DNA of 64,000 bases. Source: an uncultured Candidatus Saccharibacteria bacterium (GTDB lineage: Bacteria; Patescibacteriota; Minisyncoccia; Phycocordibacterales; DSPV01). The notes below the pieces were generated by a model. That model worked only from the letters and a program-made list of their open reading frames with translations. It had not been told where the DNA came from and did not search any database. Location: positions 16,595-80,594 of the forward strand of contig CAZNMD010000002.1 of NCBI GenBank assembly GCA_964574355.1, written 5' to 3'. The translations under genes and the position numbers were made by a program. Of this stretch, positions 17,060-27,780 are shown in pieces (the stretch's first letter is position 1; each line of letters begins with the position of its first letter).

Positions 17060-18964
17060 ATGCAAAAAAACCAGAAAAAACAACCAGGAACTCCACGCCG
17101 TGAAGCCGAACGCTTCATTTGGAATATTGTCGTTTCTATCGCAATTCTTTTACTCATTGTTGGAATGTATACAACCTTTAATTCTTCAGCTAAAAAAGTT
17201 GAAGATGTTGCTATTTCAGAAGTTGCGAAGCAAGTAGCAAAAGGAACGATAGATAAAATAATTGTTGAAGGTACCGAGCTTACGATTACGTATAACGATG
17301 GAACAGCAGAACAAAAGAGTAAAAAAGAACTCGAAAGTTCTCTTACAGAAACACTAGCCAACTATGGTGTTACCAAAGAAGCACTCGATAAAATTTCTAT
17401 TGAAATAAAAACTGAAGGAGGTTTTGGGTACGTGTTATTTAATTTACTGCCGATTATTTTCCCTATCCTCCTTCTTTTGTTTTTTGTGTGGATTTTGTCT
17501 CGCCAAGTGAAAGGGGCAGGTATGCAAGCGTTTACGTTTGGACAATCACGGGCGCGTTTGGTGTCTCCAGAAGATCGAAAGCAGCGTATTACCTTTAAGG
17601 ATGTTGCGGGTGTAAAAGAGGCGAAAGAAGAATTGGCAGAAATTGTTGATTTTTTGAAGAATCCAAAGAAGTTTCTTGAAATTGGGGCACGTATTCCAAA
17701 AGGTATTCTTCTTATGGGTGCGCCAGGTACAGGAAAGACACTACTTGCTCGAGCCGTTGCGGGCGAAGCGGGTGTCGCATTCTTCTCTATTTCAGGATCT
17801 GAATTTGTTGAGTTGTTTGTGGGTGTGGGTGCGTCGCGTGTCCGTGATTTGTTTAAAGTTGCAAAACAGACTGCTCCAGCCATTATTTTCGTTGATGAAA
17901 TTGATGCGGTAGGACGAGTTCGTGGTACTGGTATGGGAGGTGGAAACGATGAGCGTGAGCAAACTCTCAATCAAATTCTTGTTGAGATGGATGGTTTTGA
18001 GCCGAATGAAAAAGTTATTGTCATGGCTGCAACGAATCGTCCTGACGTCCTTGATCCAGCTCTTTTGCGTCCTGGTCGCTTCGACCGACGTGTCGTTTTG
18101 GATTTACCTGACAGATCTGATCGCGAGGCGATTTTAACTATCCACTCTAAAGAGAAGCCATTTGCTGAAGATGTGAACTTGCCTCTTATTGCTGAACGAA
18201 CACCAGGTTTTTCAGGGGCAGATTTGTTCTCTCTTATGAACGAAGCAGCTATTCTTGCGGCACGTGAGAATCGAAAGAAGGTTGCTCAGTTTGATCTTAT
18301 TCGAGCGATCGAAAAGGTTATGCTTGGTCCTGAACGAAAGAGCCACTTGTTGTCTGTGAAAGAAAAAGAAATTACGGCATATCACGAAGCCGGTCACGCG
18401 CTTGTTGCCTCGGTGCTGCCAGACGCTGATCCTGTTCACAAGATTTCAATTATTGCGCGCGGTAGGGCGGGTGGGTATACACTCAAGCTTCCGTTTGAAG
18501 ATAAAAAATTACAATCACGAAAAGCGTTTCTTGATGATATTGCTATGTCGCTCGGTGGGTACGTTGCTGAAAAGCTTATTTTTGGAGACCTTACTACTGG
18601 CCCATCAAACGATCTTCAGGTCTCAACGGCTCTTGCTCGGGATATGGTCACGAAGTATGGTATGTCGGATAAACTTGGCCCAGTTGCACTTGAAGGTACA
18701 GGCGGGCGACCGATTTATGGAGGACGTGGTGTTGAAAGCGGAGAATATTCTGATCGTGTGGCGGCTGAAATTGATAGTGAGGTGACACGTATTATGACTG
18801 AAGCAAAACAGGTCGCAGAAAAAGTCTTACACGAAAAAAGAGCAGTACTTGATGTGATCGCAAAGCGGCTTATTGAAACTGAAACTATTGAACGTGAGGA
18901 GTTTGAACAAATACTCGTTGCGAACGGTATTCAACCAAAGAAAAGAGAGGAAGTTTTAGCGTAG
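17060..18964 (+). CDS. ftsH: ATP-dependent zinc metalloprotease FtsH
   Basis: Two N-terminal transmembrane helices, AAA module [25 protein letters not shown], second region of homology, HEAGHA zinc motif. Confidence 0.9.
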   Translation: MQKNQKKQPGTPRREAERFIWNIVVSIAILLLIVGMYTTFNSSAKKVEDVAISEVAKQVAKGTIDKIIVEGTELTITYNDGTAEQKSKKELESSLTETLANYGVTKEALDKISIEIKTEGGFGYVLFNLLPIIFPILLLLFFVWILSRQVKGAGMQAFTFGQSRARLVSPEDRKQRITFKDVAGVKEAKEELAEIVDFLKNPKKFLEIGARIPKGILLMGAPGTGKTLLARAVAGEAGVAFFSISGSEFVELFVGVGASRVRDLFKVAKQTAPAIIFVDEIDAVGRVRGTGMGGGNDEREQTLNQILVEMDGFEPNEKVIVMAATNRPDVLDPALLRPGRFDRRVVLDLPDRSDREAILTIHSKEKPFAEDVNLPLIAERTPGFSGADLFSLMNEAAILAARENRKKVAQFDLIRAIEKVMLGPERKSHLLSVKEKEITAYHEAGHALVASVLPDADPVHKISIIARGRAGGYTLKLPFEDKKLQSRKAFLDDIAMSLGGYVAEKLIFGDLTTGPSNDLQVSTALARDMVTKYGMSDKLGPVALEGTGGRPIYGGRGVESGEYSDRVAAEIDSEVTRIMTEAKQVAEKVLHEKRAVLDVIAKRLIETETIEREEFEQILVANGIQPKKREEVLA

Positions 18965-18999
18965 GTGTCTTCTTTGGCAAAGTGTTTGATGTGTGACTG

Positions 19000-19392
19000 T
19001 TGCTTGAAAAGAGGGCAAGGGGTACCATTATGTATGGACATCGGAGGTCTCCAATGGGTACAACCAATAATGCGTTAGAGCGGTTTTTCGCACATTGGGT
19101 ACAACTGGTTCAAAGTGGTCAATGGGTGCCAGTTATCTCCAATGGTTGGATCAGGGTGCGTCGTCCGGATAGAGATATTCGGTCGATTCCCCCAATTGGT
19201 GCTGTGACAGTTTGTTTGCACGGCGATGATGCAAGCAATCCCCAAATGCATTTCGATAATAAGGGGAAGCTTCTCGGTCTCAGTGAGGAAGAAGTATCGG
19301 ATCTTTATCGGGCTTCAGATTTTTCGGATCCAGGAGGATCCGCTGCGGAGTTGCGCCGCAGGTTACTCGCTCCGATACTACCGGTCTCGTAA
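19000..19392 (+). CDS. hypothetical protein (probably starts at MYGHRR...)
   Basis: ORF with an upstream AAGAGGGCAAGGGG; no recognisable domain. Confidence 0.35.
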   Translation: MLEKRARGTIMYGHRRSPMGTTNNALERFFAHWVQLVQSGQWVPVISNGWIRVRRPDRDIRSIPPIGAVTVCLHGDDASNPQMHFDNKGKLLGLSEEEVSDLYRASDFSDPGGSAAELRRRLLAPILPVS

Positions 19393-19410
19393 GATCGTGA
19401 TCAGGACGCA

Positions 19411-19436
19411 AAGGACTCTATGGAGAGTCCTTTTTG
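19411..19436 (+). terminator. rho-independent terminator
   Basis: GGACTCT-atgg-AGAGTCC followed by TTTTT. Confidence 0.65.
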
Positions 19437-19540
19437 CTATGAAAATGAGGCCTGAAGAGTTATCCACAAGGATACTTCTAACGGAGTTGACGGTATTTCT
19501 TGTGAGTATATACTGTTTATATCGATCACTTTTCGTGATT

Positions 19541-19578
19541 GACCCCAGGACCACATCTTTGATGGGGTCCTTTTTTTA
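19541..19578 (+). terminator. second hairpin plus T-run, after a 34-codon hydrophobic mini-ORF
   Basis: GGACC...GGTCC followed by TTTTTTT. Confidence 0.45.
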
Positions 19579-19646
19579 TCTCAATTTTTCTTTTCTATCA
19601 TAGGGGCTTTCAATTATGTGAAGCATCTTCTATGCTTAGGATATAT

Positions 19647-19720
19647 CCACCCTTAGCTCAGTTGGTTAGAGCACCGAGCTTATACCTCGGGGGTCCTTGG
19701 TTCGAATCCAAGAGGGTGGA
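19647..19720 (+). tRNA. tRNA-Ile with anticodon TAT (UAU)
   Basis: Acceptor CCACCCT/AGGGTGG, D-arm TAGCTCAGTTGGTTAGAGCA, anticodon stem CCGAG/CTCGG with loop CTTATAC, T-arm CTTGG-TTCGAAT-CCAAG. CCA is not encoded. Confidence 0.7.
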
Positions 19721-19780
19721 CATTCATTCGTCTGTTGATAGAACCCTCTTTGGTTCGAACCTGTGAAAGGGTTCGTTGTG

Positions 19781-21979
19781 TTACTCAAAATGTATTTCTT
19801 CTTTGCTTTCGGTAATCGCAGCGTTGAGTGAGGGATACTTTGAAAGAGACGAATCTTCTTTAAGAAGTTCTGTTGCTTCTGTTCTTGCAGCTTCAATCAT
19901 TTTTATATTTTGAAGTGCTTCCATACCGATATCAGAAAGACCCCATTGTTTTTTGCCGTATAAACCACCTGCGCCACGAGATTTTAAATCAAGTTCAGCC
20001 AATTCGAATCCATTTTTTGCTGTTGCTAGCGCTTTAAGGCGAGTGACGGAAGTGGCATTTTTTGTGTCAGCAAACGCAAAGCAGTATGCCTGGTCTGAGC
20101 TTCGTTGCACACGACCGCGTAGTTGATGGAGCTGGGCTAGTCCAAAGCGTTCAGCACCCTCAATTAAAATCACCGTGGCGTTAGGTACATTGACACCAAC
20201 TTCAACAACGGAAGTTGCCGCTAAAATATTAATTTTTTTTGCTTTGAAATTAGCCATTACGGAATCTTTTTCGTCCGGTTTCATTTTGCCGTGCAATACC
20301 CCAATTTCGTATTCAGGAAAAATTTCTTTTTTAAGGCGGGCCGCTTCTGAGGTAACTGATTTTGCGAGGAGCGCCATTTCTTTTGTTGGATCAGGTTCAT
20401 CAATGCGTGGACAAATGACGTAGGCTTGTCGACCCTTTTTTAATTCGGTACGGACACGTTCGTAGGTTGCTTCGCGTTTATCGGGGGTGACCACCTCGGT
20501 GATAATGGGTTTTCGTCCAGCTGGTAATTCATCAAGCACGGTCAAATCAAGATCACCGTACATCGTCAGCGAGAGTGTTCGAGGGATAGGTGTTGCTGTC
20601 ATTGAGAGGAGGTGAGGAACGGGTTCATCTTTATGTATAAGCGAGCGTCGCTGATTTACACCGAAGCGGTGCTGTTCGTCGATGATAGCCAAAGCCAAGT
20701 GCTTAAACTGAATAGATTTTTGAATGAGGGCGTGGGTGCCAATAACAATACTGATTTCGCCATTTTTTACCCATTTCAAAAGTTGTGTTCGTGAAATATC
20801 GGTCGCTATTTTTGGGTTTACTTTTGAGGGGAATTTTTTGCATCCACTTCCGGTGATGAGGGCAATACCAATAGGAAGGTGCGAAAAATATTCCATAAAT
20901 GATTGGAAGTGCTGGTTTGCCAGAATTTCTGTCGGTGCCATATAGGCAGCCTGAAGTGTTCCAAAGTTTTGACCGCGAGGTTGTGTGGTAATTGCTGCGT
21001 AACATGCCGCCGCCGCAACGTATGTTTTACCACTCCCGACATCACCTTCAAGGAGTCGTGACATGGGTTCCCCTTTTTTAAAATCATTGAGAATGGCCTG
21101 AATCGCTTTCTGTTGTGCGTTTGTAGGAGAGAAGGGGAAGCGTTTCGCAAAGGTTTCGATATGTTTCTCAGGTGTTTCAATAATAAACGCAGTTTCTTTT
21201 GCTAACTCTTGTTTATCTTTGAGTCGTCCCAGTTGAATAAAAAAGACTTCTTCAAATGCAAAACGTTTTCGTGCTGAAGCAGCATCGTCTTTGTTTTGGG
21301 GAGCATGTATCCAGATAAGAGCCGTGCGCCGTTTGGGGAGATGATAACGTGTCAAAATAGTTTCAGGAATAGGATCGTCGATAGAATCGAGTACGCCTTT
21401 TTGAATTAATTTTGAAATAGCGTGATACATCCAGTTACTGGTGACGCCACGAGATTCTGGATACACGGGGTAGAGTGTATGAGCGGTACCGCCTTCACCA
21501 AAGAGAGAATCACCAACGCCCGTTGGTAAAACAGTGATCTTTTCAAGTTTTGGATTTGAAAGATAGAGTTCATCTTTACGAACCGAAACTTTTCCTTCTG
21601 CGCGTATGAGTGCACCTTCCGGATACATTTTTGCAATGTAGGGCTGGTTGAACCACATCGCTTTTATCGAGCCTGATTCGTCTTCAATTTTCCCTTCAGC
21701 CATCGGCATGTTCGTCCGAAATCCTTTTTTCATTTTAAGACCAGAGAGCCGACCAAAAATAACAGCGAGCTCTCCTTTTTGGATTGAAGCGATGCCGCGG
21801 ACTTCGGCTGTGTCGCCGTAGCGTGAAGGGAAATGAAAAAGGAGATCACCAACGGTTATAATGCCAAGTTTTTTTAGTGCCTTTTCTTGTGGAGGTAAAA
21901 CACGAATATGGGAAACAAGTGGGTCGGAAAGGAGTATAGCCATACGGCTTATTGTAGGAGATGCACTCAAGAAGGACAA
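19781..21979 (-). CDS. recG: ATP-dependent DNA helicase RecG
   Basis: 732 aa, wedge domain plus superfamily-2 helicase: DVGSGKTYVAAAA, DEQHRFGV, and the TATPIPRTL motif. Confidence 0.9.
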   Translation of the reverse strand: MSFLSASPTISRMAILLSDPLVSHIRVLPPQEKALKKLGIITVGDLLFHFPSRYGDTAEVRGIASIQKGELAVIFGRLSGLKMKKGFRTNMPMAEGKIEDESGSIKAMWFNQPYIAKMYPEGALIRAEGKVSVRKDELYLSNPKLEKITVLPTGVGDSLFGEGGTAHTLYPVYPESRGVTSNWMYHAISKLIQKGVLDSIDDPIPETILTRYHLPKRRTALIWIHAPQNKDDAASARKRFAFEEVFFIQLGRLKDKQELAKETAFIIETPEKHIETFAKRFPFSPTNAQQKAIQAILNDFKKGEPMSRLLEGDVGSGKTYVAAAACYAAITTQPRGQNFGTLQAAYMAPTEILANQHFQSFMEYFSHLPIGIALITGSGCKKFPSKVNPKIATDISRTQLLKWVKNGEISIVIGTHALIQKSIQFKHLALAIIDEQHRFGVNQRRSLIHKDEPVPHLLSMTATPIPRTLSLTMYGDLDLTVLDELPAGRKPIITEVVTPDKREATYERVRTELKKGRQAYVICPRIDEPDPTKEMALLAKSVTSEAARLKKEIFPEYEIGVLHGKMKPDEKDSVMANFKAKKINILAATSVVEVGVNVPNATVILIEGAERFGLAQLHQLRGRVQRSSDQAYCFAFADTKNATSVTRLKALATAKNGFELAELDLKSRGAGGLYGKKQWGLSDIGMEALQNIKMIEAARTEATELLKEDSSLSKYPSLNAAITESKEEIHFE

Positions 21980-21989
21980 TACAAGCTTT

Positions 21990-24092
21990 TTACGCCGCTA
22001 TCCCTGCTTCTTTTTCAATTTCCTCTTTGAGTTCAAGGTAGAGTTTTGGTGTAATCATTTCACGTTCACGCAACTCATTGAGGCGTATTTCTCGAGCTTT
22101 GAAGAGACCACACTTGGCAAGGTTTTCATTTATTTTTTCTACAATTTTCTTGTGTTTATCTCCGAGTGCTGCCATTTTTCTTTCTGAGGCTTCGCGGAAC
22201 GCGTTATAAATCACCAGTACCTCATCAGCAATTTCTTTGTTGAAGATGTCGTGGTGCTTTTCGATTAGTTCATGCAAGGTGACGAGCGCTTTTCTCGCAA
22301 TGATTGATTGGGCACGATAGTACATGTACGTTTCACCGATGAGCTCTTCGGGCGCTGGTTTTGGGAAGAGACGGTTTACCTGTTCCATGAAAAGTTCAAC
22401 AATATTTTTCTTGTCGAATTCAACTGCTCGGTCAATGCGCGTGTTACCCGCTTCGGCGCTTTCAAGTTGAATGGTCAGCTTGTTAAGAATTTTTTTGTAG
22501 ACTGGTTCGGTAATTTCGCCGTAGGTAAAGAGTGTTTTTAAGTATTGTTTTTCAGTTGCGATTGCTTGAATTTCCAAGATTTGTCGCGTGATGAGTTCAT
22601 GTCCAGGATGTTCTTCGAGAGTTGTTTTTGCGGTTACGGCTTTTTTAAATGCTTGTTCATGTTGTTCGCCCAGTGTTTTGTAGAGTGATTCGTCGATAAA
22701 ATCGTTTTCACGCATTTCTTCGAGTTTCAAAATGGCACTTTGGTGAATAAGGAAAAGGCTTTCTTCTCGGGTTTCTTTTTCAATATCAGTGAGTGCATCC
22801 ACCTTTAATTTTTTCATGAGTCCTGCAATCGTGGTCCCTTTGATAAAGAGCGTTGCATAGATACAGCCGATGGTAAGTGCCATGATGAATTCTTTTGGAG
22901 AGAAGGGTTGTTCCCAGCCGGCAAAGGTAAGTGTGTCAGGAATAAGGAGCACAACCATAACGGCAAGCGCACCGCGCAATGATCCCCACGAGAGGAGGTG
23001 CTGCCATGAGAGTGGAATATGTTTTTCTTTTTTGCTCCAGTTTAATAAGCCGATGACAGGATAAATGGAAAGTGCGCGACCGAGAGCGACAATAAGAATC
23101 GCTCCAATGATTGGCCAGATGTATTGTCCTGGATGAATCGAAAGGGTGGTGAAGATGAGGCCGATAAGGAGGAAGACGATAGAGTTGGCCATGAAGGCTG
23201 CTTGGCCCCAGAATTTTTCAATAAACTCTTCAGCGTGCGGTGAAATTTTTGTTCGGCCGTAATTTCCAATAACCATTGAGGCGACGAGTGTGGCAATAAT
23301 CGCCGAGAATTTTATTTCGTGTCCGTAAATGACAAAGTGTTCTGATATTAACTCGGTGAGTACGTAAGTAAGGTGTGCAACCACAAACATGAGCGTAATA
23401 CTCACGGATTCATTTGAACGGGTCCACTCAATTGCTTTTGAAAAGATAATTCCCATGAGTCCTCCAAAGACAATGCCGCCAAAAACCATGGTCGTAAAGA
23501 GGAAAATACCTTCGGTGATTGAGGTAAATCCGTGGAAACCATCAACTGCAATTTCAAGAAGTACTAAAAAGAGCGCTACAGCAGTACCGTCATTAAAAAG
23601 ACTTTCGCCCTCAAGAATAAGCGAAAGTCTGCGTGGAGCACCAAAATCTTTAAAGAGAGCAAGAACGGCGACTGGGTCTGTGGCAGAAATAAGTGCTCCA
23701 AAGAGGAGAGCGAGGAGGAAAGGAACGGTAAAGCCAAAGAAGCCGAAAATGAAATGGATAGCAAAGGCGATAAAGAAAGCTGAGATGAGGAGAGAGATTA
23801 TAGAAAGAAGCGAGATTGAGCGGATGTTTTCCATCAATCGGCGGGTGTTCATGTTATACGCCGATTCAAAAATCAAAATAGGTAGGAAAACATAAAACAG
23901 CATAGTCGGAGTCAGGGAAAATTCTCTAATGAAAGAGAAAAAGGGAATACGCGAGAGGGGAACGAGAAGAAATCCTGTTGCTACTAAAAGGACGGTGTAA
24001 GGAGTGTGTATTTTTTTTGCAATAAAGTAGACGGCGCTGGCGATTGCGAGCAGTGTCAGAACAGAAAGAATGGCAGGAAGTTCAATGATCAT
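21990..24092 (-). CDS. monovalent cation/H+ antiporter (CPA1/NhaP-type) with a long cytoplasmic C-terminal domain
   Basis: ~12 transmembrane helices over the N-terminal 400 aa (ATDPVAVLALF motif), then a 280-aa charged helical tail. Confidence 0.75.
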   Translation of the reverse strand: MIIELPAILSVLTLLAIASAVYFIAKKIHTPYTVLLVATGFLLVPLSRIPFFSFIREFSLTPTMLFYVFLPILIFESAYNMNTRRLMENIRSISLLSIISLLISAFFIAFAIHFIFGFFGFTVPFLLALLFGALISATDPVAVLALFKDFGAPRRLSLILEGESLFNDGTAVALFLVLLEIAVDGFHGFTSITEGIFLFTTMVFGGIVFGGLMGIIFSKAIEWTRSNESVSITLMFVVAHLTYVLTELISEHFVIYGHEIKFSAIIATLVASMVIGNYGRTKISPHAEEFIEKFWGQAAFMANSIVFLLIGLIFTTLSIHPGQYIWPIIGAILIVALGRALSIYPVIGLLNWSKKEKHIPLSWQHLLSWGSLRGALAVMVVLLIPDTLTFAGWEQPFSPKEFIMALTIGCIYATLFIKGTTIAGLMKKLKVDALTDIEKETREESLFLIHQSAILKLEEMRENDFIDESLYKTLGEQHEQAFKKAVTAKTTLEEHPGHELITRQILEIQAIATEKQYLKTLFTYGEITEPVYKKILNKLTIQLESAEAGNTRIDRAVEFDKKNIVELFMEQVNRLFPKPAPEELIGETYMYYRAQSIIARKALVTLHELIEKHHDIFNKEIADEVLVIYNAFREASERKMAALGDKHKKIVEKINENLAKCGLFKAREIRLNELREREMITPKLYLELKEEIEKEAGIAA

Positions 24093-24170
24093 AAAAAATG
24101 GTTAAGCAAAGACGTAATAAATGGCCTTCTCATGGAAGGAGTCAGTATCATATACCCCCTTACCGCCGCG

Positions 24171-24764
24171 TCAAAGTGGGTTTCTGGGTAAAACTTCAGA
24201 GGGTTCTCCGAAAGAACTATTTTGGAATCCCGGATTTTTTCCTCCGTAGGTCTGGAAGATTTGAACAATGGCGTCTTTTACTTCGTATGGTCGAGAGAGG
24301 CCATGAATGATGACTTCTTCGACTTCTGCTGCGGTTTGAACAGAGAGTGAGCCAAAATCGAAGAAGGTTTGTATGATGCCGTGTGTTTCTGCTTTCATAT
24401 CAACAATATTGCTGATGGGAATGGTCGCAACGTCCCGAAAGAAGAGCTGTTTTTGTTCGCAGTCTATCAGGCGTCGGTTGGTGAGAATGAGAGAATCGAG
24501 GTAGTAGTTAGTGAAAATAACTGAAACAATCATGAATGAAAAAAGTAACACGATAGAAAGTATAAGTATAGTGAAGGCGGTAATATTGTCAGAACCGATC
24601 GCGGTATAGAGTTCTTGAGGAAGAAATTGCCCACCAAGAATGACAAGTGTGCTCAGTACGATGGTTGCAACAATGACACCGATAGCGTGTCCTAAAAAGA
24701 CGATCCAGTGTTTTCTAGCAACGGTGATGAATTCTTCATCGGGGAGGAGTGAAAGGATGCTCAT
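24171..24764 (-). CDS. membrane protein with a bacterial PH-like (YdbS/YdbT, bPH_2) domain
   Basis: Two transmembrane helices followed by a LILTNRRLIDCEQKQLFFRDVATIPISNIVDMK core. Confidence 0.5.
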   Translation of the reverse strand: MSILSLLPDEEFITVARKHWIVFLGHAIGVIVATIVLSTLVILGGQFLPQELYTAIGSDNITAFTILILSIVLLFSFMIVSVIFTNYYLDSLILTNRRLIDCEQKQLFFRDVATIPISNIVDMKAETHGIIQTFFDFGSLSVQTAAEVEEVIIHGLSRPYEVKDAIVQIFQTYGGKNPGFQNSSFGEPSEVLPRNPL

Positions 24765-24776
24765 GGTAGGAATGTA

Positions 24777-24989
24777 TTATGAAAATAATCCAATCGTGCT
24801 AATAACAGCTGTCCCGATTAAGAAGATTCCGACGACGAGATAGGTTGTGAGGAACAGAAATGTCATTCGGCGGTTGTATGCAAATTTTTTCCAGTGGTAG
24901 AAAAGAATGAAGAAAAGAATCACATACAAGATGACGATAAGACCGCCGAAAATAGGAATGATGTAGGGAAGGAGAGAGAAGAAATCCAT
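24777..24989 (-). CDS. small membrane protein (70 aa, 2 transmembrane helices)
   Basis: Hydrophobic ORF 12 nt upstream of the PH-domain gene. Confidence 0.4.
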   Translation of the reverse strand: MDFFSLLPYIIPIFGGLIVILYVILFFILFYHWKKFAYNRRMTFLFLTTYLVVGIFLIGTAVISTIGLFS

Positions 24990-25129
24990 ACCAATAGTAT
25001 AGCGCGGTGTTGAACCAGGGAAAAAGGATATATGGAAAGTTTTAGACTAGAGTAGGTTGATTATTTCTATTGTTTCATGGCTAATACAAGATGGCCATTT
25101 ATACACAAAAAAAGTGTTAAAATTGTTGT

Positions 25130-26086
25130 ATGACCACACAGCAGGTTATTAAGGATATACAAAAGAATTTTGATATAAATTCGATTTTTGCTCATAGAAC
25201 TTTTTTACTTGCTGATAAACGAAACCTCCTTGAAGATATTGCTCGAATCATCTCTGAAAGACCAAAACCATTTGTGAAGTGGGTGGGTGGTAAAAGGCAG
25301 CTTCTTGCCCAATTTCGAAAATTAAATTTATATCCACCAGAATTATTTAATATAAAAACGGGAAGATATTTTGAGCCGTTTGTAGGAGGAGGTGCTGTAT
25401 TTTTTGATTTACTCCCCGAGAAGGGGTTTTTGTCTGATTTAAATAAGGAGCTTGTTACGACATACAATGTTATAAAAAAAGATGTTGCTCGTCTTGTTGA
25501 GTCACTTAGGAAACACAAAGTTAATAAAGAGTATTTTTTAAAAATTCGAGCACAAGATCCATATACGCTAAGTGACTTAGACGTTGCTTCACGTTTTATA
25601 TTTCTCAACAGAACTTGTTTTAATGGGATGTATCGAGTGAACAGTAAGGGTGGATTCAATGTGCCGTATGGTAAGTATGAGAATCCTTTAATTTGTGACG
25701 AAGAAAATCTAATTAAAGTTTCAAAAGCACTTCAAGGAATTGAAATAAAGCATCAGGATTATAAAGAAGTTCTAAAGAAGGCTAAAAAAGGGGATTTTGT
25801 TTATTTCGATCCTCCCTACTATCCAGTAAGTAAAACGGCGTCGTTTACGTCGTATACGGCAGAATCATTTCTTGATAAAGAGCAGGTAGAGCTTCGGGAC
25901 ACCTTTTTGGAATTAAGTAAGCGTGGATGTTTTGTAATGCTTTCAAATTCAGATACACCCTTTATAAATGAGATTTATAAAGGTCATAAGGGGGTATGTA
26001 TTAATAAAGTTGAAGCTGGCCGAGCAATTAATTCAAAAGGGACAGGAAGGGGGAAAATTACTGAAGTGCTTGTAACTAATTATTAA
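25130..26086 (+). CDS. Dam-family N6-adenine DNA methyltransferase (alpha class); probable GATC methyltransferase M1
   Basis: KWVGGKRQLL (motif X/I region), FVGGGAVFFDL, DPPYY motif IV; first gene of the operon that contains a DpnII-like endonuclease. Confidence 0.8.
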   Translation: MTTQQVIKDIQKNFDINSIFAHRTFLLADKRNLLEDIARIISERPKPFVKWVGGKRQLLAQFRKLNLYPPELFNIKTGRYFEPFVGGGAVFFDLLPEKGFLSDLNKELVTTYNVIKKDVARLVESLRKHKVNKEYFLKIRAQDPYTLSDLDVASRFIFLNRTCFNGMYRVNSKGGFNVPYGKYENPLICDEENLIKVSKALQGIEIKHQDYKEVLKKAKKGDFVYFDPPYYPVSKTASFTSYTAESFLDKEQVELRDTFLELSKRGCFVMLSNSDTPFINEIYKGHKGVCINKVEAGRAINSKGTGRGKITEVLVTNY

Positions 26087-26091
26087 AAAAA

Positions 26092-27780
26092 ATGGATCAA
26101 AAAATCAAAGCGCAAGATACAACATTTGGTGAATTTCATAAAACAGCATCAGTTATTTATGCAATACCTTCGCTTCAGCGCCCATATACGTGGGATAAAA
26201 AAGATGTCGAAAGACTATGGGATGATATTCTTGAAAATCCACCTGGTTACTATGTTGGTAGTATTGTAGCTATTGTTGACGGTGGCACAATCAGTAGAGA
26301 CTTGATAATTGATGGTCAACAAAGATTGACATCATTGTCTTTGATCTTGGCCGGACTTAAAAAGTACATTTCTCCCAAAAAATCAGAAGAATTTAGGTCT
26401 ATAGAAGAAGAAATTGATGAAATACTTATTAAGTACGGTAAAAATAGCAATCAGGTTAGACTTGCATTTTCGGATGGTAATTCAGATCAGATGTATCAAT
26501 CAATAGTATTCGGCACATTACTATCTGAGGCTAATTTAACAAAGTTACAAAAACGATTTATAAATAATTATAAGTCTATAGAGGATAGAATAAAAAAATA
26601 TTTTCCTAAGTGTAAAATTAATGAAATTAGAAATTTTGTTGATAAGATAAAAAAACTACAACTTATTTTTATAAAATGCTTAGACAGATCAGCTGCTTTC
26701 AGTCTATTTGAAAGTATTAATGATACAGGTGTCAGTCTTGCTACTACTGATTTATTAAAAAATGCCATTTTTGAAGCGGTCAGTGGAGATAAAGAAAAAT
26801 ATGCCTACGTTGAAGAAAACTGGAAAAAAATGTTCAGAGATTTTTCTGAGGATAGTAAGTACTTAAAGACGTACATAAGACATCATTGGATCGGGACCCA
26901 TTATTATGTCAGCCATGCGAATTTGTTTGATAGTTTCGTTAAGGAATATAAAAACAAAGAATTAGAATATGCGAGGTCTTTGTTTGAACTATCAAATATA
27001 TACTTATCTATTAGAAATGCCCAAACAGAAAGTTTAATTAAACTTCCAAAGAAAAGATTCGAGGTGGCTGAGATAAAAGAAGTGCTAACTTTCTTGAGCT
27101 TTCTTGGGGTTGATCAAGTTTACTCTGTATTGTTATATATTTATCAAAACGGAATTTCTACATTCGTAAAAGATCTAAACAAATTAGTTGCTTTCCAATT
27201 TTTATACAAGTATATACCAGGAAGCCCGAGTGTTCCTGAGAAAAAGTATTTTGCGAATTATTGTGAAGGGCAAATTGATAAACAAAAATTTTTTAGCGGT
27301 TTAACAGGTTTATGTATAGACCAAAAAGAACAGTTTATTAAAAACTTTTTCGACAGAATAAAGTATATTGAAGGGAAAAGTGGTGATATTCAGTTTGTTT
27401 TAGAAAGAGTGGCTTATAAAATGGGTGGGGTAAATAAATTTGCTGAAGCTACAATTGAACATATTGTTCCTCAAGATGATACGGATCCCGTCTTTAAGAA
27501 TTTTAAGTTGGATAATGATGAGGTATATAGACTAATCCATCAAATTGGTAATTTAACGGTTATGGAGAGATCAGAAAATTCTGATAGAAATATATTTAAT
27601 CAAAATCTCGTATTAAAATTTCCTAACTATAAAAAGCACTACGCAAAAATAAATCAGGCTGTTGATAAATATAACTTCTTATCTGATCCGGAGTCGGCTA
27701 TTAAAAAGAGAGGTCAAAATATCGCTAGTCAGGCTTTTGATCTTTTTATGGATACATTGAAAACGGGTAAATGGAAATAA
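26092..27780 (+). CDS. DUF262 / DUF1524 two-domain nuclease (GmrSD-like, type IV restriction-like)
   Basis: N-terminal IPSLQRPYTWDKKDVERLWDDI and DGQQRLTSL (DUF262 hallmarks). C-terminal EHIVPQ ... IGNLTVMERSENSDR (DUF1524 His-Me finger). 6 nt after M1; overlaps the endonuclease start by 10 nt. Confidence 0.75.
   Translation: MDQKIKAQDTTFGEFHKTASVIYAIPSLQRPYTWDKKDVERLWDDILENPPGYYVGSIVAIVDGGTISRDLIIDGQQRLTSLSLILAGLKKYISPKKSEEFRSIEEEIDEILIKYGKNSNQVRLAFSDGNSDQMYQSIVFGTLLSEANLTKLQKRFINNYKSIEDRIKKYFPKCKINEIRNFVDKIKKLQLIFIKCLDRSAAFSLFESINDTGVSLATTDLLKNAIFEAVSGDKEKYAYVEENWKKMFRDFSEDSKYLKTYIRHHWIGTHYYVSHANLFDSFVKEYKNKELEYARSLFELSNIYLSIRNAQTESLIKLPKKRFEVAEIKEVLTFLSFLGVDQVYSVLLYIYQNGISTFVKDLNKLVAFQFLYKYIPGSPSVPEKKYFANYCEGQIDKQKFFSGLTGLCIDQKEQFIKNFFDRIKYIEGKSGDIQFVLERVAYKMGGVNKFAEATIEHIVPQDDTDPVFKNFKLDNDEVYRLIHQIGNLTVMERSENSDRNIFNQNLVLKFPNYKKHYAKINQAVDKYNFLSDPESAIKKRGQNIASQAFDLFMDTLKTGKWK

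Noticed and set aside
17362-17970. 202-aa ORF antisense inside ftsH
   Set aside because: It is embedded in a strongly supported ftsH reading frame; its Pro/Ser/Arg-rich composition is typical of an antisense artefact.
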